Part shown: piece by piece, positions 34,306 through 44,221 of the stretch
Layout: each line of letters opens with the position of its first letter
Position numbering within the stretch: position 1 is the stretch's first letter
Origin: Naegleria gruberi
Lineage: Eukaryota
Assembly (NCBI GenBank): GCA_000004985.1
Contig: GG738845.1
Reading direction: 5' to 3' (one strand)
DNA length: 64,000 nucleotides
Notes under the pieces: model-generated
The model's database searches: none
What the model was told of the DNA's origin: nothing
The model's input: the letters and a program-made list of their open reading frames with translations, nothing else
Made by a program: the position numbers and the translations under genes

Positions 34306-34473
34306 AAAAAGAAAATGCAAAAACATTCATTGGTCAACACTTTTGATAAATTATTATTCAAGTTTAATGGTTGTTTTATATTGGATTGTCAGGAAATTCT
34401 TTTAATTCATAATAACAGTACAAAATTATTGTCCTACCAAAATACTACAACAAGTAACAATTATCAAATCCGA
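34306..34473 (+). repeat. Direct repeat copy 1 (about 170 bp, about 80% identical to 35456..35628); carries the start of an ORF MQKHSLVNTFDKL...
   Basis: It reads aaaaagaaaatgcaaaaacattcattggtcaacacttttgataaatt...ttggattgtcaggaaattc...aattatcaaatccga. Confidence 0.6.
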
Positions 34474-35455
34474 AAGAAAGTAGTTATTGATTTTCCAAAT
34501 AACAAACACTCAATTAATAGAAGACAAAATGAAAGAAATAATTTTCCAACAAATAACTGTAACACTTTATCATCAAGTAACCTGTTGCTTCTGAGTATTC
34601 AAAGATATCAGAGAATAGGAAATGATGAACGATTGAAAATAATTATTCAACATACATATACTAAGATGAATGATTGTGGTGTATGTTATTATCGAAAAAG
34701 AAACCAAGTTCATCAATTAATGATTCATGTAATTGAATTATTGTATTTGGTTTTAAAATTACAACCCAATACCAACCTCTACAAACATTATTGTTCATTG
34801 ATAATGCTAAATCCATTCTCGCTTCAAAAGTCAAATTTGAATAGTCATTAATATAATAGCTTCGATGTTTCATTCTGATTTTTTCAAATTCTATTTTATT
34901 ACTGATAATACAGGATCACAATACACAAGTTTACCTAATTTTTGTAAATGGAAAGGTAAAAAATTAAGAAAATAGTTTTTTGTGTTCATGTTTTTCATAA
35001 ATTAATAATTACTTTTCAACGTTTCAGTTTTCTTTTTATTTTTACTTTAGTTTTTTCGAATGTCTTTTCCAGTTTAGATGAAGATTTATTTTGTACAAAT
35101 TGGGAACTCTTATTGTAAAAAGAAACTCAATTCTATGTTTCGTGTTTAGATTAAGACTGAGTTATTATGTTCAAATGTGGAACTAAAAAACACAACAATC
35201 CTGCATAGGTATGAAATTACTTTCTTCTGGAGAAGAAATAAAAGTTCCAGGATTGTAAAGAGGATAAAAGATTATTCGTATATTCTTATTGAATTATATT
35301 GTTGCTCAGTAATATACAATAATCTTAGATAATCCACTTCTTTCATCAAAATCCATATGGATTCAAAATATTCAAAACATGCAACCACAACCAGTTTCCA
35401 TCGATTTATATATTCCCAATATCATTGACTTTCATTTAAAAAAAAGCAAGTTTGG

Positions 35456-35628
35456 GATTGAAAAAGAAAATGCAAAAACATTCATTGGTTAACACTTTTG
35501 ATAAATTATTCAAGTTTAACTTGAATATTTTTATATTGGATTGTCAGGAAATTCCATTAATTCATAATAATAATACAACATTATTTTCTTACAATAATAT
35601 TACAAAAACAAACAATTATCAAATCCGA
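35456..35628 (+). repeat. Direct repeat copy 2, immediately followed by the GC-rich palindrome
   Basis: It has the same 5' sequence, including the ATG-initiated ORF start MQKHSLVNTFDKL..., and diverges from copy 1 at ...caaatccga. Confidence 0.6.
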
Positions 35629-35775
35629 GGGGATGGAAAATCCTCGATCCAAATCCCACGCTTTGCAGATGGATTGTTGGATCCATCCGCAAAGCCAAAA
35701 TATCGTGTGATGTTGTGGATCCTGTTTGGCGGAGGAGCCGCGTGGGATTTGGATGGCGGATTTTCCATCCCCTCG
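35626..35775. repeat. GC-rich nested inverted repeat (36-nt arms 34/36 complementary, 78-nt spacer containing a second 14-nt hairpin)
   Basis: The left arm cgaggggatggaaaatcctcgatccaaatcccacgc (35626-35661) is the reverse complement of the right arm gcgtgggatttggatggcggattttccatcccctcg (35740-35775). The inner pair is ctttgcagatggat and atccatccgcaaag. GC is about 55% against about 25% in the flanks. Confidence 0.7.
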
Positions 35776-36044
35776 TGTAAAGGAAATTCCTTACAAACTC
35801 TCCAATACTATTTACTATTGGTGGGATCTAATAAAATTCTTTTTTTTAAATAATTTGGATTCTTTAAAAGAAAATTCAATTTTGCAAAGTTAATTATTAT
35901 TAATTAATTTATTATATTATACTATACACTTGTAAATAAGGTGAATAAAAACTCAATAATTCAAAACATTGACAAATAAACATGTGAAACCTTTCTACAA
36001 ACTATATTCATTGAAATTTTCAATTTATTTCTAATATTTACAAC

Positions 36045-36656
36045 TTAATCTTCATGAACTTCAACAGTAGACAGTGGTCTATCAACTCTCTCCTCAGTTC
36101 TTTCATTAATATTCTCCTCTTGAACCAATCTCAATTCATAATAATAATTTCTCACTCCCCAAATAAAATTAAACAATAAAAACACAGTAACCAATGCAGT
36201 ATACTCATATCTAATACTCTTATAATAGAAAGTTTCAACAATGTAATGAGTAATTGAAATACAATCAGCAAATAGAGTGTAACCAGTGAGCATTCTATTC
36301 TTCTCAATACTTGCAGTATAAAGATTCATAAAACCAACAATAAAACCCAAGATTGCAGCTGATCTTTGTAAATGATCATTTCTTCCTTGACGTGAAAATC
36401 CAAAGAAAATGTCAGCATGTAAAACACTTGTCAATGTGTCAACATAGAGAAGTGTTGCATTGGCAATGAATGCTAATCCAATAATAAATAAAGAAGTGTT
36501 GAAAATTCTCCTTCCTGGAAAGTACATTTGCCTCAAACCCTTTTTCAATTTGTTTCTTTCATCTGATTGTTCAACATTAATTTGTTTATCAGAAATTGAC
36601 TTGTTTAGACTGCTACTACCACTTGTTCTTTGATCAATAAACTTGGATTCTACCAT
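36045..36656 (-). CDS. Hypothetical four-pass membrane protein (203 aa)
   Basis: It has an ATG start, four hydrophobic helices (SLFIIGLAFIANATLLYV, AAILGFIVGFMNLY, LTGYTLFADCISITHYIV, ALVTVFLLFNFIWGV) and an acidic C-terminus. Confidence 0.5.
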   Translation of the reverse strand: MVESKFIDQRTSGSSSLNKSISDKQINVEQSDERNKLKKGLRQMYFPGRRIFNTSLFIIGLAFIANATLLYVDTLTSVLHADIFFGFSRQGRNDHLQRSAAILGFIVGFMNLYTASIEKNRMLTGYTLFADCISITHYIVETFYYKSIRYEYTALVTVFLLFNFIWGVRNYYYELRLVQEENINERTEERVDRPLSTVEVHED

Positions 36657-36785
36657 TTTCTTTTCTGTTTGTTATCAATGGAAGTTTATTGAAAATGGTC
36701 AATTTATCAATTATAATTATTTAAACAATTTCCTTTTAGAGTTTTTGAACAAATTGGAAATTGTCTATTAAAGGAATTGATGATT

Positions 36786-37022
36786 TTATTTAATGCTCCT
36801 CTTTTTCAAGTATTTGTGAGCGTGATTAACAATTTGAGTTCTCGATCTTGTCTTGACATATAACTTGCTAATGAGTTTGTAATTTTCACCCACTTGAGAT
36901 AATCCCAATAGAAATTGTTTATGCTCTTCTGCATTCCATGGACCTAAATTTGAATCTTCTTCTTTAGTTGTGTATGTTGTTTTCTTAATTCTATAATCTT
37001 GCTTGGCAATAAGGTTTGACAT
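36786..37022 (-). CDS. Myb/SANT-domain protein of the SHAQKYF class (single Myb repeat); possible additional 5' exon 37150..37557
   Basis: KEEDSNLGPWNAEEHKQFLLGLSQVGENYKLISKLYVKTRSRTQIVNHAHKYLKK fits W..EEH..FL.GL...G...W..IS...V.TRT..Q..SHAQKY. The frame is open upstream to 37145. A candidate 106-nt intron (GTAAAT...AAAAAG, phase 0) would join it to the His/Gln-rich ORF 37126..37557. Confidence 0.5.
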   Translation of the reverse strand: MSNLIAKQDYRIKKTTYTTKEEDSNLGPWNAEEHKQFLLGLSQVGENYKLISKLYVKTRSRTQIVNHAHKYLKKRSIK

Positions 37023-38139
37023 TGTCGCTTTTTCTTTCTGTTGCTTTTTACTACTATTTGATTGTTTGTTGGATTTTACAAAGAGTGATGGAGCTGTTTG
37101 GGATGTGGAATTGTGCGATTTGTTTTTAGAAATCGATTGATTGATTTACCACATTGACTTGTTGTTGGTATTTGAAATTATTTACATTAAGATGGAAAGG
37201 TGCTGAGGTGTGGTGTACATGATGATGTGTTTGTTGAGAAGATGCTCTATTGAGATATTGAAGAAGAAGTGGACAATTTTTGATGATAGGTTGTGGAAGT
37301 ACGAGTATATGTGTATCATTGTTCATGTTATTCAACACTGATTGGATGGAGGGTAGTTTTTCAATAGTACATGAATTGGACATGCTGCTAATATTGGTTT
37401 GATTGAGGCGATTCGATGGATGTACCACATGCAAGCAACATGAATCATGTAAACAAGGATCTTGTTGAGGATGAAAAGGATTCTGAACTGAGGATGTATA
37501 TTGAACAGTATGTAGAAATGGAACCCTAGCAGAATCAGCTCCCTCACTATTTTTCATTGCTATTAATCAGGTCAAATATTGTTGTTTTTTCTCTAATCAT
37601 TCAAGATCATTCAAAACACCAACCCAAGTCTCTGTAAATCCTCATTGGTTGGCCGCTTAATTGTTAACAAATAATAAGCTAATGATTGGATTGTGAACCC
37701 GGTACCAACACTAAATTGTCCAGATAAGGTGTTTGGTGGACAAATGTAAAAGTTTGATCCTACAAACATTTAATTTCAAGTAAATACATTTTTCCTAATA
37801 AGCAATTACTGAAAATTAAGGAGGCAGAGAATCGTTTTTATGGCGTTTTTAAAATTGTAGTCGTAAATGATAACAAGCGCTGATCTTTAAAGTTTGAGTC
37901 TTACTAAAATCCAAAGCACATTTTGAGGTCAACCAAGGTCATCATTCCAATTTCCTAATTTGTCCTCTTGAACAATACAAAATGAAAACGATTATTTATT
38001 TAATGCTGTCGTCTTCACTTATTCAACGTTGTAACATTACCAATCGATTATCATCGATTTATTATGATGATTTTTCATATCTCTCGGAGTAAGTTTGTAA
38101 CTAATCACACATTCATGCTTTTTTGATTTTTTAAATTTG

Positions 38140-41100
38140 ATGAGACATTTTAAAAGAAAAATGCGACCTCACCAGCCTCCCACACATCTTCAAATTCCTT
38201 CCCAGCACACCCATCATCATCAACCCCAACAACAACAATATACCACCTCCTCGCTCAATGTTCAACATCCATCATCAACCAGTAGTAGTAGTAGTGGGCA
38301 TCATATGGATCGCATTGTTTCTCCGTCAAGTCCTCGAGTTAATACAAACAAACCAACCTTTTCTACTTCCTCCTCTGCCTCCAATCTTCAACAAGCCTTT
38401 TCATCATCCAATAATAACAATAATAATAACAATATAAATATTTCCTTTGAAAATGTTCAAGAGGAAATTATTACAGTACCACTCTCACAAGAATTAATTC
38501 AAGTCTATCAGAAACAACTCTTTGAATGTATACAAAAATTAAAACAAACACACACCGATGGTAAAGATAAAGCCAAATCACTTGAACAAATTATTTATTT
38601 AGCATGTACATTAAAATCTGATTTTACTATGGCTCTCTTTGGAGAGTATAACAAGTCAACAAACAATCAGCAACAACAAAATGATAAAACAACCTCATCC
38701 TCTTCTGCTAGTTCTACTATGAATGGTGCCAATAATAATTCATCAACAACAACAGGACAATGGACCTACTCCCCACAATTAGATTTATTTATTAAATGTA
38801 TGAGATATTTGTTATTACATAGAAGTTCATATATTAGATCTCTAACAGTAAGATGTATGAGATATATAATACAAAATGATCCTTGCAATTTTCCATTTGA
38901 ATTATTATGGACAAAATATAATTGTCACTTGTTAATATTTAAAATGATGTTAAATGATACAGATAGAGAAAAGATTCAAGTATTGGAATTAATTAGAACT
39001 CTATGTAACAATTTTGTAAAAAGAAAGCAATCAAAACAATCCTATTTTGCACCTCCTCAACATGAAATTCAAATACCCTTCTTATTTATGAAGGGAATTG
39101 TTCACTTTTTAAGTTATATTGATGGAACTCTATTACAAATGGAGCAACAACAACCTCAACTGCAACAACAACAATTAAACTCTCGATCAACAACTGCAAC
39201 AACAACTGCAACTGCAGGACAAGGTGCCAACAATGGAAACACATCAACTGCAGGTAATAATAGTAATACTAATACAGCCACAACTAATAATTTAAGTAGT
39301 AGTGCAAATGATCAAAAGAAACAATACTTTTTAGAATCATATAAATCAGTTTGTATTGAAATATTGAGAGATAGTTTAATTCATGATGAAAGTTTATGTA
39401 GTACAATTATCAAATGTGGTGGATTTAAATATCTTGTTGAATTATTGTTAAATAACAAATTTTCAACTTATCATAACAGTATTCTATCAAGTATTTTATT
39501 TATTTGTGATAGATATAAAACTAGAAAGTTTATGAAAAAAGGTTTATTACAATTATTATATTTAATTTCACCTTTTACAAATTACAGTCAATTATATCAA
39601 CCACTTTTAGATGCTATTAATAATGCCAAAGTAACAAATCCAAACTTGGTACAACAATTAACAAATGATCTAAATCAATTAGTATTAGAATTAGAAAGAA
39701 GTAAAAATATTATACTCTTTTTAATGAGATCATGGACTGGTTTATTTATAGTCAACCAAGACAATATTAATATTTTAGGTACCTTATCAAACTTGTTAAA
39801 ATCACCAAATAGAACACAGTTGAAACATTTAATATTGGATTTATATATTGAAATTTTAAAACAAAGTGCACCTAGCAAGTATCATTATTTAATTCCTCCA
39901 GTTTTTAGTGAATGCGAAAGAAAATCCAAGTCATCTACTTCTACCAATGCATCTGGTACAACAGGTAGTGGTACCACTACTAGTGTACCTAATGGTGCTG
40001 GAGGTACAACAACAAGTGGTGCTGGAGGTGGTACCGCTATTGGTTCATCAAGTTCTGCTTTAAATACTAGTACAAGTGCTATACTCTCAACTTCAGCAGC
40101 TTCATCAATTGTACATGGTGGATTTAGTAATGATGTAACATTTTATGCAGATCACTCAGGAGATGAAGATCGTGTTGTGAATATTTGTTTTGTTTTCTTG
40201 TCAATGACAATTTTAACATTAATTGACAGTGGATTGATAGATTCTTTATTATATTTATCAAAACAATCAATGATTAATAACAAGAAAAAACAAACTAAAA
40301 ATCTAGATCCAAAAGATAAATTGAATATCAACGATGATGACGACGAAGATAAAAGTGAAAGAGCGTTTATTAGTTTCAGAGCAAGTCAATTATTACAATC
40401 AGTTTTATTATTTAGTGACATGTTATTGAATAAGAGAACATGTTTAAATATGCAAGATAGATTTGATACAGAAATTGCTAACTTTTTACTTTCTATTACT
40501 AAGAGTAATTTGTACAGTTACAAAACATTGAGCATGTTATCTGCATTTTATCAACAATCTTTCCAATCTTCAAATGTGACTGGAGGTTCAATTCATGTTG
40601 ATCAAGCAATGATTCAAGCTCCAGCTAATTTAAGTGTTTTATCTGATAGCACTCCAGCATCATCAGACTCTATTGGAGATAGATTCTCTAAATTTAGTAC
40701 AACAAATATTCCAACATTTTATATCAGAACTCAAATTGATAGTGATATGGATGATCAATCATTTAATCAATTGATTAAAGAGTCTAATGTACTTGTGACC
40801 AAAGACCCAAAGAGATGGAATTGGGAAAAGATTTATTGTTTAATATTTGGTCCATTGAGAGTTGCTCATAGATTGAAAGAAGTTACAACAAAATCACAAA
40901 AATTGCTAAAAAGAATACTCTCCTACTTTAAACCTTACAAGAGAGCTTTTAGTGACTTGAAATATCAAGAAAGTAATTTTGGTTATACAAAATTATGTAA
41001 TGAATTGTTGTACAATTTACTTCACATGGATGAAAGTGGTATTGAAATTATTAGAGAATGTAAAATTATTAAGCAATTCTATGAAGTATTGGAAATTGAA

Positions 41101-43203
41101 GTTAGAGTTGGTAAAACAACAAGTGTTGGAGGTAGAAATGATCCAAAACCAATTGACTCTGAAAAGAGATTATTGAGTGAAGAGCGAGTACAAAAATACA
41201 TGGTTAGAGATTACTTTACAATCATTGGATTGATGAGTAGTACAATCAAAGGAAAAGAATTATTGGAAGAAGAGAAAATATTTGATGTTCTCAAGGATTT
41301 AACAACTAGAAGAGATGATATTTCACAATTGATTATCAAACATTTAGATTATACAAGACCATTCTCTGATAGAGCAAGAGAAATATTAAAAGAAGCAATG
41401 ATGAATGGTTCAAATATTATCAGATATATTAGTACATTATTTATTAGACATTTAATTAGACAATCTCAAACCTATCCAAATAATTTCCATGCATGGGGTG
41501 TCCCTCTATTGACAAGCAAATTATATGATGATTGGGAAAAGGTTAAATTTTCTGCCATTTCAATTTTGAGTGAAGTTTGTTGTATGAACATGTCTTCAAA
41601 TTCGAGTAGTGCTGGTGATTCATCCTCAACATCAGATTTTGAATACGATGATTCAGCAACATCCATGCTCTCATCACCAAGAGTTTCAAGTGGAAGTAAT
41701 GAAAATTTACTTGCATTCGTATCACAGAACATTTCACGTGACGTGATGGAGAGCGTCATGAGAGAGGGACGTGATGGAATGAATTTACTCTTGAAAATGA
41801 CAAGTTGTAGAGAAGGTATTGATTATCTTTCACATGATAGTATTAGATTATTACAAGAATTAGTTGAAGATTGGTTTGAACGTGAGTCTTATCAATACTT
41901 ACAACAAGTTGAATATGGTTTAAATAGATTTTATAATATGAATCAATCTGCTCCATCCAATACTAGCTATTCTCCAAGTTCAACAACTGGTCACACCACA
42001 ATTGGAGGATCGCAATTAGTTGTCGGATCTTTATCACCATCTGGATTTAGAGAAACTGGAATGGCATCACCAACATTTAGGTCATCCAATCAAGCACAAT
42101 TCCAAAGCTTGAGTGGGTCATATGACTATGCTAAACATGGTGTAATTTTACAAAGTAATTTATATGGTGAATTATGTCATACACTAGAAGGATGTACAAT
42201 TTTAACAAATGACAAACATAGAACATTACATTGTTTGTGTATGAATTTATTGAATGTTTATCAATCTGTTTTAACATATCACAATAATATTGCTAATAGA
42301 TTATCAAATAGTAACGACAGCAATATTGAACCACAAATTGAACAAATTGTTGAATTGTGGTCATTAGCATTCTGCTGTAGTACAAATACAGGATATGAAT
42401 ATTGTAACAGATATATTCAACAAGTTATTATTGGATATGAAAAGAATCAAAATGAATCATTCCAAACTGCAGGTGATGAACAATTTACTGTTGTTCAATA
42501 TTTTGTTTACATTGCTTTACATAGTAAGGACATTTCATTAAGAGGTACAACATTATACTTGTTGGGTATTTTATCTAAATGTAGTTTAGCTAGAAAAGAT
42601 TTATTCGAAATTGGATTTGAATGTTCATATCGTTATGCTATTTCAATTCCAAGAGATAGAAAGAGTTTCTTTACCATTATTACTGATAATTCATCTTCTA
42701 ATGAATCAACAGGTAAAAATAACACTTCTTCAACAAGTAATCATCACCATCATCGTAAGGATGATTTTGATGAAGATGATTACTTATTAACATCAATTTT
42801 GAAAGAGTCACCAAAGAATGCAGATTTGATCAAGGATCTTGTATCAAATGTAACAAAAATTGCAAATCCAGTTCATGAGCAACAATCATCAACAAATTTG
42901 CAAAATCTCAAGACAAATATTGCACGAGTTTTGACAAATAATGAGAAATCTAAATTAATTTATTACTTTTTAGGAAATCATTTCACCCACTGCAAATACA
43001 AATGGAAGATTATCAAGTTTGTAATTAATGACCTTTTGGGTGGTAATAGTAGCATGCTTTGTTCATCTATTGCAACATCAAACGATTCTGCATTCCCTTC
43101 ATTTGATCCAAATGTTGAAGATGAACTCTATGTTATGAATACTCATTTATTGTGGTTAGATACTGAAACAGATTTGAAAATTAACAAATTACAACAACAA
43201 TAA
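38140..43203 (+). CDS. Rictor orthologue (TORC2 subunit; Pianissimo-like), about 1687 aa, single exon
   Basis: The C-terminal conserved block NLYGELCHTLEGCTIL...ISLRGTTLYLLGILSKCSLARKDLFEIGFE aligns with human RICTOR HLYGQLVHHKTGCHLL...LSIRGTCVYVLGLIAKTKQGCDILKCHNW. The N-terminal Rictor-like ARM/HEAT region (LWTKYNCHLLIFKMMLND...) is also present. The first ATG is at 38140, since the tool's start at 38137 is TTG. Confidence 0.75.
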   Translation: MRHFKRKMRPHQPPTHLQIPSQHTHHHQPQQQQYTTSSLNVQHPSSTSSSSSGHHMDRIVSPSSPRVNTNKPTFSTSSSASNLQQAFSSSNNNNNNNNINISFENVQEEIITVPLSQELIQVYQKQLFECIQKLKQTHTDGKDKAKSLEQIIYLACTLKSDFTMALFGEYNKSTNNQQQQNDKTTSSSSASSTMNGANNNSSTTTGQWTYSPQLDLFIKCMRYLLLHRSSYIRSLTVRCMRYIIQNDPCNFPFELLWTKYNCHLLIFKMMLNDTDREKIQVLELIRTLCNNFVKRKQSKQSYFAPPQHEIQIPFLFMKGIVHFLSYIDGTLLQMEQQQPQLQQQQLNSRSTTATTTATAGQGANNGNTSTAGNNSNTNTATTNNLSSSANDQKKQYFLESYKSVCIEILRDSLIHDESLCSTIIKCGGFKYLVELLLNNKFSTYHNSILSSILFICDRYKTRKFMKKGLLQLLYLISPFTNYSQLYQPLLDAINNAKVTNPNLVQQLTNDLNQLVLELERSKNIILFLMRSWTGLFIVNQDNINILGTLSNLLKSPNRTQLKHLILDLYIEILKQSAPSKYHYLIPPVFSECERKSKSSTSTNASGTTGSGTTTSVPNGAGGTTTSGAGGGTAIGSSSSALNTSTSAILSTSAASSIVHGGFSNDVTFYADHSGDEDRVVNICFVFLSMTILTLIDSGLIDSLLYLSKQSMINNKKKQTKNLDPKDKLNINDDDDEDKSERAFISFRASQLLQSVLLFSDMLLNKRTCLNMQDRFDTEIANFLLSITKSNLYSYKTLSMLSAFYQQSFQSSNVTGGSIHVDQAMIQAPANLSVLSDSTPASSDSIGDRFSKFSTTNIPTFYIRTQIDSDMDDQSFNQLIKESNVLVTKDPKRWNWEKIYCLIFGPLRVAHRLKEVTTKSQKLLKRILSYFKPYKRAFSDLKYQESNFGYTKLCNELLYNLLHMDESGIEIIRECKIIKQFYEVLEIEVRVGKTTSVGGRNDPKPIDSEKRLLSEERVQKYMVRDYFTIIGLMSSTIKGKELLEEEKIFDVLKDLTTRRDDISQLIIKHLDYTRPFSDRAREILKEAMMNGSNIIRYISTLFIRHLIRQSQTYPNNFHAWGVPLLTSKLYDDWEKVKFSAISILSEVCCMNMSSNSSSAGDSSSTSDFEYDDSATSMLSSPRVSSGSNENLLAFVSQNISRDVMESVMREGRDGMNLLLKMTSCREGIDYLSHDSIRLLQELVEDWFERESYQYLQQVEYGLNRFYNMNQSAPSNTSYSPSSTTGHTTIGGSQLVVGSLSPSGFRETGMASPTFRSSNQAQFQSLSGSYDYAKHGVILQSNLYGELCHTLEGCTILTNDKHRTLHCLCMNLLNVYQSVLTYHNNIANRLSNSNDSNIEPQIEQIVELWSLAFCCSTNTGYEYCNRYIQQVIIGYEKNQNESFQTAGDEQFTVVQYFVYIALHSKDISLRGTTLYLLGILSKCSLARKDLFEIGFECSYRYAISIPRDRKSFFTIITDNSSSNESTGKNNTSSTSNHHHHRKDDFDEDDYLLTSILKESPKNADLIKDLVSNVTKIANPVHEQQSSTNLQNLKTNIARVLTNNEKSKLIYYFLGNHFTHCKYKWKIIKFVINDLLGGNSSMLCSSIATSNDSAFPSFDPNVEDELYVMNTHLLWLDTETDLKINKLQQQ

Positions 43204-43247
43204 ATGTTAATGAATGAATTTATTTACATGTTGTTGTTATTTAACTA

Positions 43248-43874
43248 CTACTCGCTATTGAGATATTCTAACGTATTGCTCATTTCTTGTAAAATAGACA
43301 TCATATGAAAATCAATTTCCGAAAGATTCACATTAAATACATGAATATCAGATGGTAAACGTGTATAGAATGCAACATCCTATATTTGAGTAGTTACTCA
43401 TCGATTTAAATTTCAAAAAACAAACTACTTACATATCCAATTTCTAAACTATAGAGTGAAAATATTGTTAAGGACCCTTTTATATGCGTCGAGTAATAAG
43501 CACTTGTTTTGTCATTATTAAGATTCCTTGAAAATTGCAAAACTGATGATTTTAAATGTTGGGTATAGTGTATAAGAGTTTCATTATCTACAGATCCTGT
43601 CGTTAGTGGTGATGTTTCGGAATGATATCTTTAATATAATTAATATTGTTGTTCATTAACCTCCTCCAACTCAACTATTAAACACATACATTATTTGTTC
43701 TTTTGAATTTACAATAAATAATTCAATTTTTGCGTTATTTAAAAACAATTCAATAATTTCCTTTTCCAATCGATGTATTTCCTTCTTGGCAGCACTATTT
43801 AATTTTACTACTTGAGGTCCACGTCCTCCGAATAATCCACAAGGAAAACAACCCATCCAATTACTTTTCCTCAA
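43248..43874 (-). CDS. Small hypothetical protein with N-terminal MGC(F)PCG lipidation-type motif, 3 exons: join(43248..43379,43433..43628,43690..43874)
   Basis: The donors are GTATGT and GTAAGT, the acceptors are TTAAAG and ATATAG, the phases are 2 and 0, and the introns are 61 and 53 nt. The three exons give one continuous about 165-170 aa frame ending ...NTLEYLNSE*. The gene is convergent with Rictor, with 3' ends 45 bp apart. Confidence 0.55.
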
Positions 43875-44106
43875 TAAATTACGAAGTAATAGAAATATTA
43901 AACCAGTGAGTGGGACTGTTTGGTCAATTTTTTTTGTAGTTGTGTGTTGTTGGGATAGTCGTTAGAAGTTTTTTTCCTGATGTGTTATGAACTTTGAGAT
44001 TTAAGGCTAGTTTCCTTAATTTTAATTTCAATTAAAAAATTACATAATAATTAGTAGAAGCAGAGTGTTGTTTTATCCATTGAATTCGAGTTTTGGAAGG
44101 AAAACG

Positions 44107-44114
44107 TTTCGCGC
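44107..44114 (+). promoter_or_regulatory. E2F-type site TTTCGCGC, about 110 bp upstream of the RFC3 ATG
   Basis: An exact match to TTTSSCGC in the sequence acgtttcgcgccaatttt, within an otherwise about 80% AT promoter. Confidence 0.45.
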
Positions 44115-44221
44115 CAATTTTAAATTTTAACTTCAAAAAAAAATAACGAATTTGCTTCTGGTTAGGAACTTGAAGCGTAATCTCGAATTATCATCATCAA
44201 TAAGAAGAAGAAGAAAGAAAA

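Noticed and set aside
34315-34851. 178-aa ORF starting in direct-repeat copy 1
   Set aside because: It has no homology, sits in the repeat-bearing desert, and its start is duplicated in copy 2 with a different continuation. It is possible but unsupported, so I left it as a finding rather than a feature.
35452-35853. ORF MGLKKKMQKHSLVNTFDKLFKF... reading through the GC-rich palindrome
   Set aside because: The frame stays open only because the palindrome is GC-rich. The translated arms (GDGKSSIQIPRFADG.../...GGGAAWDLDGGFSIPSC) are mirror artefacts. I treated it as a repeat plus structured element, not a gene.
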